DNA from: Octopus sinensis
Taxonomy: Eukaryota
Length of the DNA stretch: 64,000 nucleotides
Direction: 5' to 3'
NCBI RefSeq assembly: GCF_006345805.1
Contig: NC_042997.1
Location: 22,692,001-22,756,000, forward strand
Within the stretch, counting starts at the first letter, position 1. Every line of letters starts with the position of its first letter. The notes under the pieces were generated by a model that saw nothing but the letters and a program-made list of their open reading frames with translations, was not told where the DNA came from and did not search any database. Positions 49,328 to 61,000 of the stretch are shown here, piece by piece. The translations under genes and the position numbers were made by a program.

Positions 49328-49891
49328 TTGGGTTGTCCGGAAAGTTTGTACCGATTTATAGTAGCTTACCTTTCGACTTATTTTAGAACAAGGTTGAGTC
49401 CATAAAATAAGATTTGACTACACCTCTATTTAGAGCACAGTTTAAGCTATCTTTTCGTGGAAGAAAGTTTATGTTCCTATAACCTGTATTAATTCTGTAA
49501 CCCTTTAAAATGGAAGATAAGAAAGTTCATTTTCGACACTTGATGATTTGGGAACCAAACAAAAATTGCTGCAGCTTGGCTGGGATGTGTTATCCCACCC
49601 TCCATAGTCACCAGATATTGCTCTTTCAGATTTCCACTTATTCAGGTCTCTGCAGAATAGTCTTAATGGTAAAAATTTCAATTCCTTGGATGACGTAAAA
49701 AGATACCTTGATGAATTCTTCGCCATGAAACCACCTCAATTATGGGAAGAGGGTATTTTCAAGTTAAAGGAAAGATGGAGACGCATTGTGCAACAAAATG
49801 GTTCATATTTGGTTGATTAAAAATGTAATGGCAAGTATTTATTGACCTTTTCCTTCTTTAAAAATCGGCACGAACTTTCCGGACAACCCAA
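49328..49891 (+). mobile_element. Internally deleted mariner, copy 2
   Basis: Same TIRs, TA flanks and internal deletion as 29257-29821. Confidence 0.92.
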
Positions 49892-50319
49892 TACATATAT
49901 ATGCACATGTGTGTGTATACATCTTTGCCTTGATATCACATGAGTGTTGTAAATAAACATCACTATCATACAAGAAGGGTCTAATTCCAATTTCCCATGA
50001 AAATATGTCCAGCCAAGGAAAAATATTACTTGCTTTGAAACAGGCAAAGGTTGGCAACAGGGAGAGCATCAAATCATTAAAAAAAAAATCTATCTGGCCC
50101 ATGAAACGATGGATAAGCAGACATGATGATGATGATGATGATACATAAAGACAGCATCCATCAGTCACACAGACAATAGACTGCAGCCATGGAGGAGGAT
50201 GAATAACAACTGATTAAATGTTTATGTAGCCTCAGCTACTGAGATGTGTACGTGAGCTCAATGTAATCCTCAGGCTCATTGGATCCTGTCAAACCATCCA
50301 ACTGGGAATGCGAAACATT

Positions 50320-50522
50320 GGTTTCAAATTTTGTCACAAGGCCAACAATTTCAGAAAGAAAGTCGATTATATTGACAAGTTCAAATGGTACTTATTTCAT
50401 CAACCTTGAAAGCATGAAAGGCAAAGTCAACTTCGGCAGAATTTGAACTCAGAACGAAAAGACAGTTGAAATGCCACTAAACATTTTACCCGGTATGCCA
50501 ATGATTCAGCCAGCTCACCACC
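50320..50522 (-). mobile_element. SINE family B, minus strand
   Basis: rc of head ccagctcaccacctt at about 50510-50524 and B-box gaatttgaactc. Confidence 0.8.
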
Positions 50523-50640
50523 TTATGAAATGCAAATAATAAATAATGATGAAATACTGAGATATATATACACACCCACACACACATATATCTATATATA
50601 TATATATAAAATTGAAACAAGTCATAAGGAAAAAAAGACC

Positions 50641-50857
50641 ACATGTGGTGTAATTTAAGTGATATATACTAACCCCAAGATTGCGAGTTCGATTGAATAA
50701 TAATAGTAACATCGAAAAATACCTTAGGAATGAGAACCCAGGTTCAAAATTTCCCCAAGACACCTGATGAAGGCTAGAGAGTATAACAGCCGAAATGTGT
50801 TAACAATAAACAAGATGAGGACAAATATCCATCAAATGTAAATAATGTAATGTACAT
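50641..50857 (+). mobile_element. tRNA-headed repeat carrying a degenerate type I hammerhead ribozyme
   Basis: A-box-like tggtgtaatt at 50646, B-box-like gagttcgatt at 50686-50695, GACAC-CTGATGA-A-GGCT..AGCC-GAAA-T-GTGTT at 50759-50801, (AATGT)n tail. Confidence 0.65.
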
Positions 50858-50874
50858 TATATATATATATATCA

Positions 50875-51800
50875 GCTGTCCTTTGTAGGCCATCTACGGT
50901 CAGGGTGGCATACTGCATCTCATGCTTTGAGATGCAGGTAAACATAAAGACTAAGACACTAATCCAACCTGCACCAGGCCAGAACAGTTCACCTAAGAAC
51001 ATTAGCATCAACAGCCAACCCCTAGAAGTTGAATACTTCTCATACATTGGGAGTATTCTTTCAAAGACCACACCCCATGTGAAAAGTACTTGGAGAACCA
51101 GATCAGGGTGGTCCACTCCGCCTTCGGTAGACTCAGCCAATGTGTATTCTTCAATCACGCACTGACCATCCAGACAAATATCATGGCCTTCCATGCTTGT
51201 GTCCTGTCAACTCTTCTCTACATTTGTGAGACTTGGATGCTGTACCTACCATCACTTCAAGCACTTTGAATGCTTCCTGCAATCCAAGGCACGACAGATC
51301 TTCAATATTCGATGGGAAAATCACATTACCAACAATGAGGTTATTCACTGCACCTCACTACCAAGCAAAGCTACTATTCTTCACCACCATCTCCGTTGCA
51401 CAGGTCACATCCAGCGTATGGAGCCCTCTCATCTCCTAATGATCATGCTTTAGAGGACTTGCAATCAGAACAAGACCCAGAGGAGGCCCGAAATTGTTTT
51501 AAAGACCAACTCACACAGACCCTGACTCAAACTAATATCCAGCCATCCTCATGGGAACAGACTGCCATGGATAGGACAGCCAGGAGGACTGCTATCTGCA
51601 TTGAAACCAGCTCCTTCAAGCAGAACAGACAACAGAATGAGGAGGTAAAACGCTGAAGAGAGGAGCATCTTCAACATCCTCGACCCGCACCAACCATCCT
51701 GTGCAAATTCTGCCCACGACTCTTTCACCACCGACTTGGACTCCAAAGTCACATTCGGCACAAACATCTGCCAAGGAGACTGACAAACCCAATGCTCGGA
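50875..51800 (+). mobile_element. Degraded RTE-clade LINE 3' portion with terminal C2H2-like finger
   Basis: IQPAPGQ..NISINSQPLEVEYFSYIGSILS; IFNIRWENHITNNEV; TGHIQRM; CKFCPRLFHHRLGLQSHIRHKH. Confidence 0.85.
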
Positions 51801-52889
51801 TACATGCTGGAGCTGAAGGAAAACCAGTCAGAAAGCAGTTTCTGCTAACATATATAAATACACCTGTAATATTTCTCCAAAATATTTTATGATTGTAATC
51901 ACCAGAGGAAAGATGAGGGTTCAACAATCAAATAGTGTCTTCAACTTACTTGGGTCTGATTTAACTTCAGTTTATTCAGAACCTCATGCGTTCTCTAAAT
52001 ATTAAAAAAATACTTAACAGGCAATGTTCTGTTATTTGTGCCAATTTATATGGAACAATTTTAGTTTGCATTCCCTTTATTATTTTATCAGGTCTTATAC
52101 ACCAGGAGGGTATAAAAATAGGTCTAATACACAATAAATGTTTTTTTTAGTTTTTATCAATTACTCCTCAAATAAACTTGAGTATTTTTCTTAGGATTCA
52201 AAATAGTTAAATAATCATTATATCCAAATCATTTGATAATCAGTATAAATATATAAAATCATACTGAACTGAAGATAATATGTAATATGTATTTTAATGA
52301 ATCATAGGTGCTCCATGTACATATATACATGTACTCTAGTCATCATAGAATCATGTGAATGGAAAACAAATTTCTACTAGTATATTATTGCAACTAAATT
52401 TCCTTGGAAAGCTTGCTACATATTTTTAGCCTTTAAATTAACTTAAGCAATATATGAATTAAGAATTCTCAAAAACACAACAAAACACCAGCAAGAAATT
52501 TGAATTCATGGCCATTCTACTGATAGTCCAATATTCTATCAGCTTAAACAGTTTGCTTTCTACATTTTAATAACAGTCTCATACCATGTTGAATCAGTCT
52601 GTCAGCAAATATAAAGTAATTAAATGTTGAAGCCAAAATGAAATGTAGGAAGAAAAGTTTTTCTTTGGGTTTTCTTTCTTTTTTTTTTTTTAATTTACTC
52701 TGAGAAGAGAGAAGAGACTTTCCATAAAGCTTCTCTCCCAAGTAAATGTAAAATGAACAGCCAATAGAAAATGTGCTTACAGAGTAAATAAGTTTTAAAC
52801 AAAAGTTAACAAAAATGAGATGCTTTTTTTTTAAGACAAGAACATTTATTTGAATACTGAATACATGAAAATTTGAAAGAGGAATTAAA

Positions 52890-55025
52890 TTATTTCTTCA
52901 CTTTTTTTGGAGGTACACTGGCTTGTTTAACTTTTGTGACTTTTGGAGTATTTGAAGTTTGCTTGGGTGCTGCTTGCTTCAGTGCTGCTTGATTGGGTGT
53001 TTCTTTGCGTGGAGGTTGGACAGCTTTCGCTTTTTTTGATTTGTTTTTTAAGTTGGGCTTCTTTTGAACATTAAAAGGCTTTTTAGCCTGTTCCATCATT
53101 TGACGGGCTTTGGCAATATTTGACAACCGTTTTGCATTTGCAAGTATGTTCTTAACATTGTTTTGTAAAGCATTCTGAGCAATTTTCTTGGTAAGAAATT
53201 TCAAAAGCATTATTTGGTTGTTATTCGGTGACTGAGTCATGTTCATAAGAGATGATGAAATTCTATTGCTTAATTTGCTGAGTCCCAATCTTTGCACATT
53301 TAAAGTTTGTATTGCAGTCATAGATAGATTGCCAGCGAGTTTATTATTTGTTGGTAACCAAGGTTTGGGAACATCTTTTCCAACAGATCTGATGTTGCCA
53401 ATATTTCTGGCAGTTTCTCTGAGATTCAATTCTCTGTTATATGCATTATTTCCACTGCTTCTTTTGACATTGCCATATGTATTTCCAAACCCATGTGCTA
53501 AATCCATTCTGTTAACATTAACATTTTTATTGTCAATTTGGTTAAAAGACATATCGAGTGAGTTTTGGCGAATTGGTTTATTCTGAAAACTAGGTGTTTC
53601 ATTGAATTCTCTTCCAGACATTGGATGAAAATCTCTATCAAACATTTCTTCTCTTCTTTCCATTTGAAAATTTTTTTCATTTCCTGATGCATACATATAT
53701 GGCTTGTTATATTGGTCAGGTAAGCGGGAGAATTCCCTGTCATAATTTGGAACTGGGTTTCCCGCACCATATTCTTGATTAAAACCAGTACGCTCTTTCG
53801 GTGCAGCAGTGATATCACGAGAATTATACATTGATGAAGGATTAAAACCAGCTCTGTTTTGAACATTATCGTATTCATAAACAGTTCTTGAATGATAATT
53901 ATCATTAGACTCAGTTAAATCAAAACCTCTATTATTACGACTATAAGTAAAATCATCCATTTTCTCATCTGTCGCTGAGTCAAAATTTTTTCTGAAATAC
54001 CTTGAGTCATAAGTGTTTGTATCTGTTGAAAGCATGCGATCCCTTGCAGGGTTACAATCCAAATCATAAGACCTCTGACTATAACCAGGCTTTGAATGAT
54101 GAAAACTGTTATCTTGGTCATCCATAGAATTATATCTACCATCATCATTCATTGAAGATCTTTGATTGTGAGAATATAATCCTCTTTCATTATGATTAGC
54201 ATCAGAATTAATCCGATTACAAACATTTATTTCTCTTTCATAATCATCTGGAACATAGCGCCTATCATAATAGCTGGAATTTGAATTTATGTGCTTAGCA
54301 CCCATGTTTGAAATCTGTTTTGATTCCACCAAATTTACGCTTGACTTGGAAAAATTAGGATTGGAAAAATGGCGATCATAGTCTCTTTTGTTGTCAGAAT
54401 GTTTACCATAATTGTAGCCTTTATAATCATAAGGATCTTGGCTCATATTTGTGCAGGAATCACTAAGATTTTTACGAACATTCTCACTGTGTGATAATTG
54501 GTCATCTCTCCTTACAAAATTGCCATCATTATAATTTCTATAATAATCTGACATTTCATTCATGTTTCCTGTCATTTGGTTAGAAGTATTAACTCCTTTC
54601 TGATAATATTGCCATTTTGCAGATTTTAATTCAGGTATATCTGATTTCGGAACAATGCGATATTTACCACCACGTCCACCATTCTTTAGGAGATATTTTA
54701 CGATATCAGAATAGTCTTCACCAGTATGTAAAGAGAAGTAATGTCCATCTTTGTATCTTTTTTTCCGCATGAGTAAATTTTTCTTCTCACCAATTTTTTT
54801 AATCAATACAACTTGGTCACCAAAAAACCCAGGGCCAAATAAGAGTTCATTATTCAATACACTCCATGAATAGCTGTCAATCAGGTTTTCTATTACTGTA
54901 GCAAAGGGACCATCATCTGCGTATTCATCACCGGAATAAGAATTCCTTCTTCTTTTAACTTCACCAACAAGATACATTACATTTGAATAGGGAATACAGA
55001 TTTCACTTTCAACTTCTGAAGCAAC
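52890..55025 (-). CDS. NKRF-like terminal exon (711 aa): R3H-like domain, N/D/Y/R-rich low-complexity region and basic tail
   Basis: 2136-nt stop-free frame in AT-rich DNA; ttttttatacatcag acceptor; TAA at 52890; AATAAA (rc of 52845-52850) about 40 nt downstream. Confidence 0.92.
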   Translation of the reverse strand, partial: VASEVESEICIPYSNVMYLVGEVKRRRNSYSGDEYADDGPFATVIENLIDSYSWSVLNNELLFGPGFFGDQVVLIKKIGEKKNLLMRKKRYKDGHYFSLHTGEDYSDIVKYLLKNGGRGGKYRIVPKSDIPELKSAKWQYYQKGVNTSNQMTGNMNEMSDYYRNYNDGNFVRRDDQLSHSENVRKNLSDSCTNMSQDPYDYKGYNYGKHSDNKRDYDRHFSNPNFSKSSVNLVESKQISNMGAKHINSNSSYYDRRYVPDDYEREINVCNRINSDANHNERGLYSHNQRSSMNDDGRYNSMDDQDNSFHHSKPGYSQRSYDLDCNPARDRMLSTDTNTYDSRYFRKNFDSATDEKMDDFTYSRNNRGFDLTESNDNYHSRTVYEYDNVQNRAGFNPSSMYNSRDITAAPKERTGFNQEYGAGNPVPNYDREFSRLPDQYNKPYMYASGNEKNFQMERREEMFDRDFHPMSGREFNETPSFQNKPIRQNSLDMSFNQIDNKNVNVNRMDLAHGFGNTYGNVKRSSGNNAYNRELNLRETARNIGNIRSVGKDVPKPWLPTNNKLAGNLSMTAIQTLNVQRLGLSKLSNRISSSLMNMTQSPNNNQIMLLKFLTKKIAQNALQNNVKNILANAKRLSNIAKARQMMEQAKKPFNVQKKPNLKNKSKKAKAVQPPRKETPNQAALKQAAPKQTSNTPKVTKVKQASVPPKKVKK

Positions 55026-58000
55026 CTGATGTATAAAAAATATAATATACACACACATTTAAATATAAGTAGCATAGAAAAATAGACATTAAAATAATAA
55101 TAATAATAATAATGACGATTATGAGGAGGAGGATATGAATATTTGAAAGGTAACCTCTTTTGTCTCAATGATCATAGAAAATTTTCTATATTCCTATTGA
55201 GTTTAATATCTTAGGGAAAAACTACACGCTGCAAAAATGCTTTATGTGGTGAAATCTATAACCAGCTGTCATCCAACATATGGCCAGGGAAAACTGGGAA
55301 GCAGTTCATTCATATGTATACATAAGGCCTCATAATTCATAGACTCAAAATCTAGAAAAGTGTTCATTATATATTATACACATATATAAAAACTATACAT
55401 CAAGTACAGGAACACTGCATAGAATTGAAAGAGAGCATCACTTCATGCAGAAGAATGTTGCAACATGTAGACAAATCAAAGGACACTGTAGATGGAGTAG
55501 TTATTTCAAAGATTCCTAAAGATGAAAGGACAAGTTTTCAAGGAGCTGCATAATCACCCCAACAGATTTGACAAAACAATTGTCTTTTGGCTTATTCTTA
55601 AGTTCATGTATACATTAACCCTGCAACTAAGATAACAACAAAAAGCACTCCTCAATCAAAAGACACACCAGTGTCAAGAAATCATAAAGAGTTTGACAAA
55701 GCATTCTTGATACACTTCATTAAGAAATTAAAGTAAACTTTTTAAAAGTAGAAGAGAGCTGAAATTATATAGATATATATTTGCTTTCACTTCACAAAGC
55801 AATAAAGATGTATCATTAAATTAAAGAATATCCTGAAAGCATCCATTGCTTTGCTTCCCAATGATAAAATGTTTTTGCATTGTAGTAAAGCTTTATTGAG
55901 TATTTGCATTCTTTAAAACTGCAACCACTTCAGTTTATATATCTCCAAACATGTCATGAGATACACCAACTATTCAAACATATCAAGAAATGAAATAGCT
56001 GACAATGAATTCTGAGGGAGGAAATTAATATACTTTATAAATCCTATGTTAAAAGTCCCAAATTGTACAGAAATCAAATAAAAAAGATATCAACAATGTA
56101 TAGTAACATCTACACCACTCAACTTTTAAAACATCATTTGAAAATGACTGATTTGATGTTTAACTAAGTCATTGACATAAAAAATGTTATCCTTATAAAT
56201 AGTATAAATATGTTTAAAAAGAAAATACACATTAAAATATAAATGACTTGTCAGTGTTAATGAATAACACATGCTAGAACATAGACTAAGCAAACTAGAG
56301 AGCTACAAACCAGACAGAATGCAATGAAAGAGTGTTAAGTGTAAGTAACAGTAAGAGATATGCAACAAACTTGGAAAGGATTGCAAAAATGGAATGAGCA
56401 AATGCATACCCTTTTAATTCCAGCCTATTGGTGATACAGAAATTTGAATATCTAAAGAAAACAAAGTTCTAAGTCATAATGATGAGAGAGTATAAAGTAT
56501 TATAAATTATGAGCTATTAGAGAGAAGTTTGAAAATTATACAGATGGAATAGTTTTCAGTGGCAATGATAAATACTGAATGGAATAGAGACAGAGTCTAA
56601 CACAATGCAACTAACAGGTGCTAGCTACAAAAAACAATCAGGAGTTAAGTACAGCAATTAAGGATATGAAAACAAAGAAAGCTTTAACCCTTCATGAGTG
56701 GTCAGTGAGATACCAAAGAGAATAAATTGACATATATCACATCTATCACTCCAAGATTGAATGTATCAAGTTATGAAGATATAAGAAATATAGCAAAACT
56801 AGCATTATGACCCAGCATTGCCGGGTCATAGTGCTAGTTTGATATAAATTTGTTAAATTAAAAATTTGGGTTAATAAAACATACAATGACATATAAAATG
56901 TCGAATTAAAATTCCAGAGAAAAATACATAGAAGATAAACATACAAATTTACAAAAATACATAAAAGTTCATCTACGGGCTGTTTCGGAGGTGCACCAAT
57001 TAATATGAAACATATCATATATTTAAAATTGACACTCCCCTCGTCAGGATGTTTTTTACACACAACACATAGTACACGGAAACAAATCCACATTTACATA
57101 CCGGCTATATGCGAAAGACCAGACATTATGTACTCCCCAAAATTTTCATAGATACTGAATGCTACTTTATAAGCATATAATTCAATCTAGCAGCTATAGT
57201 AAATGGTATGCGCACAGCTCCATCTGGACTAATTCACTTCTGCACCCAATTAAATTTTTCATCTTTTAATTTCTCCCATTCATGCAAAGCCACATATTCG
57301 AGTTCAAGTCCTTGATACATTTTATACTAATTGCTATTTTTTCTTTTAATTGTTATATTACGATTTAATTACCATTTTAATAAAATAAAATATATTTAAT
57401 TACTACTTACTATATTTAATTCAATTGTTATTATTACCTCTAACTTTTATTGCAATTTTTATTTCTAAATTTCTTATGGAACGTCGAGTGGATCTTATGC
57501 GTACAATATATTTTTATATGATGTTTATATATTACTATATATTTCTAAATGTCGGGCTTTATGTCTGTTCTGTAGATATAAATGAATATATGAATATATG
57601 TATGTGTTTGATCTTTCTGTGGATTTTGTAGTGCTCTTGTAGTTGCTGCTCGCATTGCCTCCCCTCGGATTAAAAAGTGTATACAGCTCATTGGAACACT
57701 ACTATTCCAGTCTGTTATATATTTTGAGCGTTGTTGTCACTAACAATCTCAAGATATAACTTTATATTTTGTAATATATATATATATATATACATCCATA
57801 TACAATAGAGAGATATTTTTGTTTCACTTTTAACACGTAATACTGAAATAGTGGAGAAGATATGATATTGCTGTGGGCTCGCTCTAGGCAAGAAGTTAAA
57901 CATTTTTTTTTGCCCATGACACTACATGGACTCTAAGTAAGGCATGTGCAAAATTTGAATGAAATTGGTTGTGTAGTTCTCAAGTTTTGGGGAAACACAC

Positions 58001-61000
58001 AGACAGACACACATTCTCAGTTTTATATATAGAGAGATTAACACAAGATAATTAGTTGGGTTGGATTAGATGAAATAAAACTCAGTTAAGAGCAAATGGT
58101 TTTGCATTTAGTGCTCTAAAGAAAGTTGAGTGTAGTAGAATGATTTTTTAAAATCATTTAGTCTATCTTAATGATTATACTGAAAGCCAAGTTAAGGAAC
58201 ACTTAGACACTTGGTAATAAAGGATTTGAACAGTTCTAAACTAAATATCAAGTTCTTATTGCAAAACCATCATCATTTTTATGTCTGTCTTTTCCATGCT
58301 GACAAAGCTTCTCGAGAGATCCTATGGCCAAATGCCATTCCTGACATTCGCCACTGGTGGACAAACATGCATATATGAGCTTTTGTACAGTTTCCACACT
58401 ACCTAATTTCACTTACAAAGCATGGCCAGCATGATGATAGAAGATACTTGCCCAAGGGACCTTACAATGAGATTGCCCCTAAAACCACATGGCTTTGAAG
58501 TGTTAACTACATAGCCATGCTTGTTCCTTTAATAAATTTACAAAAATGTTGGAAGAGCAAAAATTGTTATTCAATCTAACTAAGCAGAAACAAAGAAATC
58601 AGTGTAAACAACAGGTATAATAAAGAGACAATGGAAAACTGACAAGGTACTATAAAATTATGAGCAGATATGCATTCAATTAGCAGAAGAATCAACTCCG
58701 GAATATTCAGAAGACTAGTTACCAAAGAAAATAGACTGACACTCAAGTGAAATAAATGTATGCTGGTGATGGATGTAAGGACAATAGCTCGAAAAAAAAT
58801 AGATCTTAGAACTTCTTCACAAATGTGATCTTGTACTGCAAATTTATATGCTAGAACAGGGAGATGTCAAATTTTGAAATTACTACAAAACAAAAAAAAA
58901 ATCGACAGCTCATTATAGATATCCATTGGCACATACAATGAACAGCATTAATTTGAGCATTTGATGAAAAGAGATGATGATTTGGTAGGTTGAATTGAAA
59001 TAGTATCTATTTCAAGTGAATTTCTCTGATTAGAAAAATGAACATTAAAAACTAGTAATAACAGAATTTATTACCTGAAGGATGACATTATTTTTGTAAA
59101 AATACTTGAAGAGTGCATCACAAGCAGCATGTTTCTTAGCATCAGGTTTTGTGGTACCACGTCCGGTTCCCACAAGTTTTTCCTGTACATATACACTCAT
59201 CCTGAAAATGAAATAAATAATACAAGTAGAAATAAATATAATATGGAGTATGTGATGTAATCAATAAATTATTTTTATAGTAACAAGCCAAAACTATTAA
59301 AGAAAATATTTTTCAAGAGTATGCAATAGTTGGGCAAAATTTAGGCAGATATAGATGCTATGAAAACTTTAGACACTAGACAGACTATGTTACTGGATGA
59401 ATAAATATTACCATAGCTATGTGGAATTAGTGCTTTGCATTAACTCACTGAAAAGCAGAGTTAAATAAGTAATAACCTATGACATGGAGGGTTATATATA
59501 AGGCTTGCAAATTGCATTAAAATTTATAGACCTTGCCTTGAAATGTGGGTTGAGTGAACTCAGAGACAATAAGTAAAGGAAGTTTATTAAAGTTAAAAAT
59601 AGGACAACAGGGTATGGAGTAGCTTGTATAAAAGCAGCTTTCTTTTGACAAATATCCATTCTAGATCCTGATGGCGACTATTGTGGAGTTAGACAAGGTG
59701 AACTTAGCCACTTTATGATATTCCTGATTCTTTGAAATTCATTAGAAGTAATTAGGTACACAGTACATAACTTTGGCATTGTATAACAAATATCATCACT
59801 ATCATCATTAATTTCAATTTTCCTTTCCAAGCTTGCATGGGCTGGACAGGTCATCATGATCCATGTCTATTCATTCCTCTCCTAGACAGATTGAGGACCA
59901 CATCACACTTGGACATTCCATTTTTGACACAGCTCATACATTGGATGCCCTTCCTAAATTCAACCACTTTACAAACTATACTGGATGCACAGCACTAGAG
60001 ATTTCTCTTGTCTTTGGCAAGACTAAGTCATCTCTACCCTATGTTGCTTCTATTCATTCAAAGTAACAATTTAGAGTGTTAAAGGAGAGAGCCAGGGCAA
60101 GAGAGTAAAGAGAACCAGAGTAATAGAAATAAGGAGATTAAAAAAAAGGGAATAATGGAGGAGATAATGATACAATATCTCTATACATCAGTTGCTGGTA
60201 TGGAGACTGAATAGAAAAACAGTATTTGTAGCTAGATGGGGAGGAAGAGAGAATGATAGGAAGAATACACAATGGTGGAAGAAGTAATAAAAGTGTGAAT
60301 AATGTATTGCTATATAATGTGTAGTGCAGTGTTAGAATGTCAGCACACTCTGTACATATTCTCTGTTATATAGCCTGATGAAGTTTTAGTATGCTTGATA
60401 TCATAAGAATAATCAAAACTTTGGTTTTAAACAAAAGGGTGTGTGTGTATGTGTGTGGTTAAGAAGCTTACTTCCCAACCATGTGGTCATGGGTTCCGTC
60501 CTACTGCACAGCACCTTGGGCAAGTGCCTTCTACTATAACCCAAAGCCTTGTTAGAGGATTTAATACATGGAAACTGAAAGAAGCCCATTGTGTGTGCAT
60601 GTGTATTATGTATATATATATATATATATATACATACATGTTCATATGTATGTACCCTTGCCTAGGCATCATGTGATGGTTGTATATGATTATCTAACAA
60701 GCAAGATGATTAGTTTTTATTTTCTCAAGAAAAACATATCTAACTATGGGAAAATATTACCTTGCTTGAAAGCATGTGAAGGTAGGTGACAAGAAGGGCA
60801 TCTAAACATAGAAAATTGGTCTCAATAAATTCCGTCTGCCCCATGCAACAGTGAACATTAGGTGACAATGATGATCATAATATATACATATATCAAAATT
60901 AATTGAACAATGCCACAGTATGTAATGTACAAGTCAAAATGTTTTCTTTCCATGAACAAAGGTTCCTTAAAGGTACATTCTGTTAATATTTGAGTTTTAT

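Noticed and set aside
53239-54148. Overlapping 115-, 135- and 77-aa ORFs
   Set aside because: Alternate-frame or antisense shadows of the long NKRF-like exon, with no independent signals.
54912-54923. YADD tetrapeptide in the large exon, resembling an RT active site
   Set aside because: No other RT motifs nearby; it lies in the linker between the dsRBD and the R3H-like domain.
55026-55058. ORF-track start MCVYIIFFIHQ for the 722-aa ORF
   Set aside because: This is the intron's pyrimidine tract and CAG acceptor; the exon starts at 55025 and splices in frame to 59075-59201.
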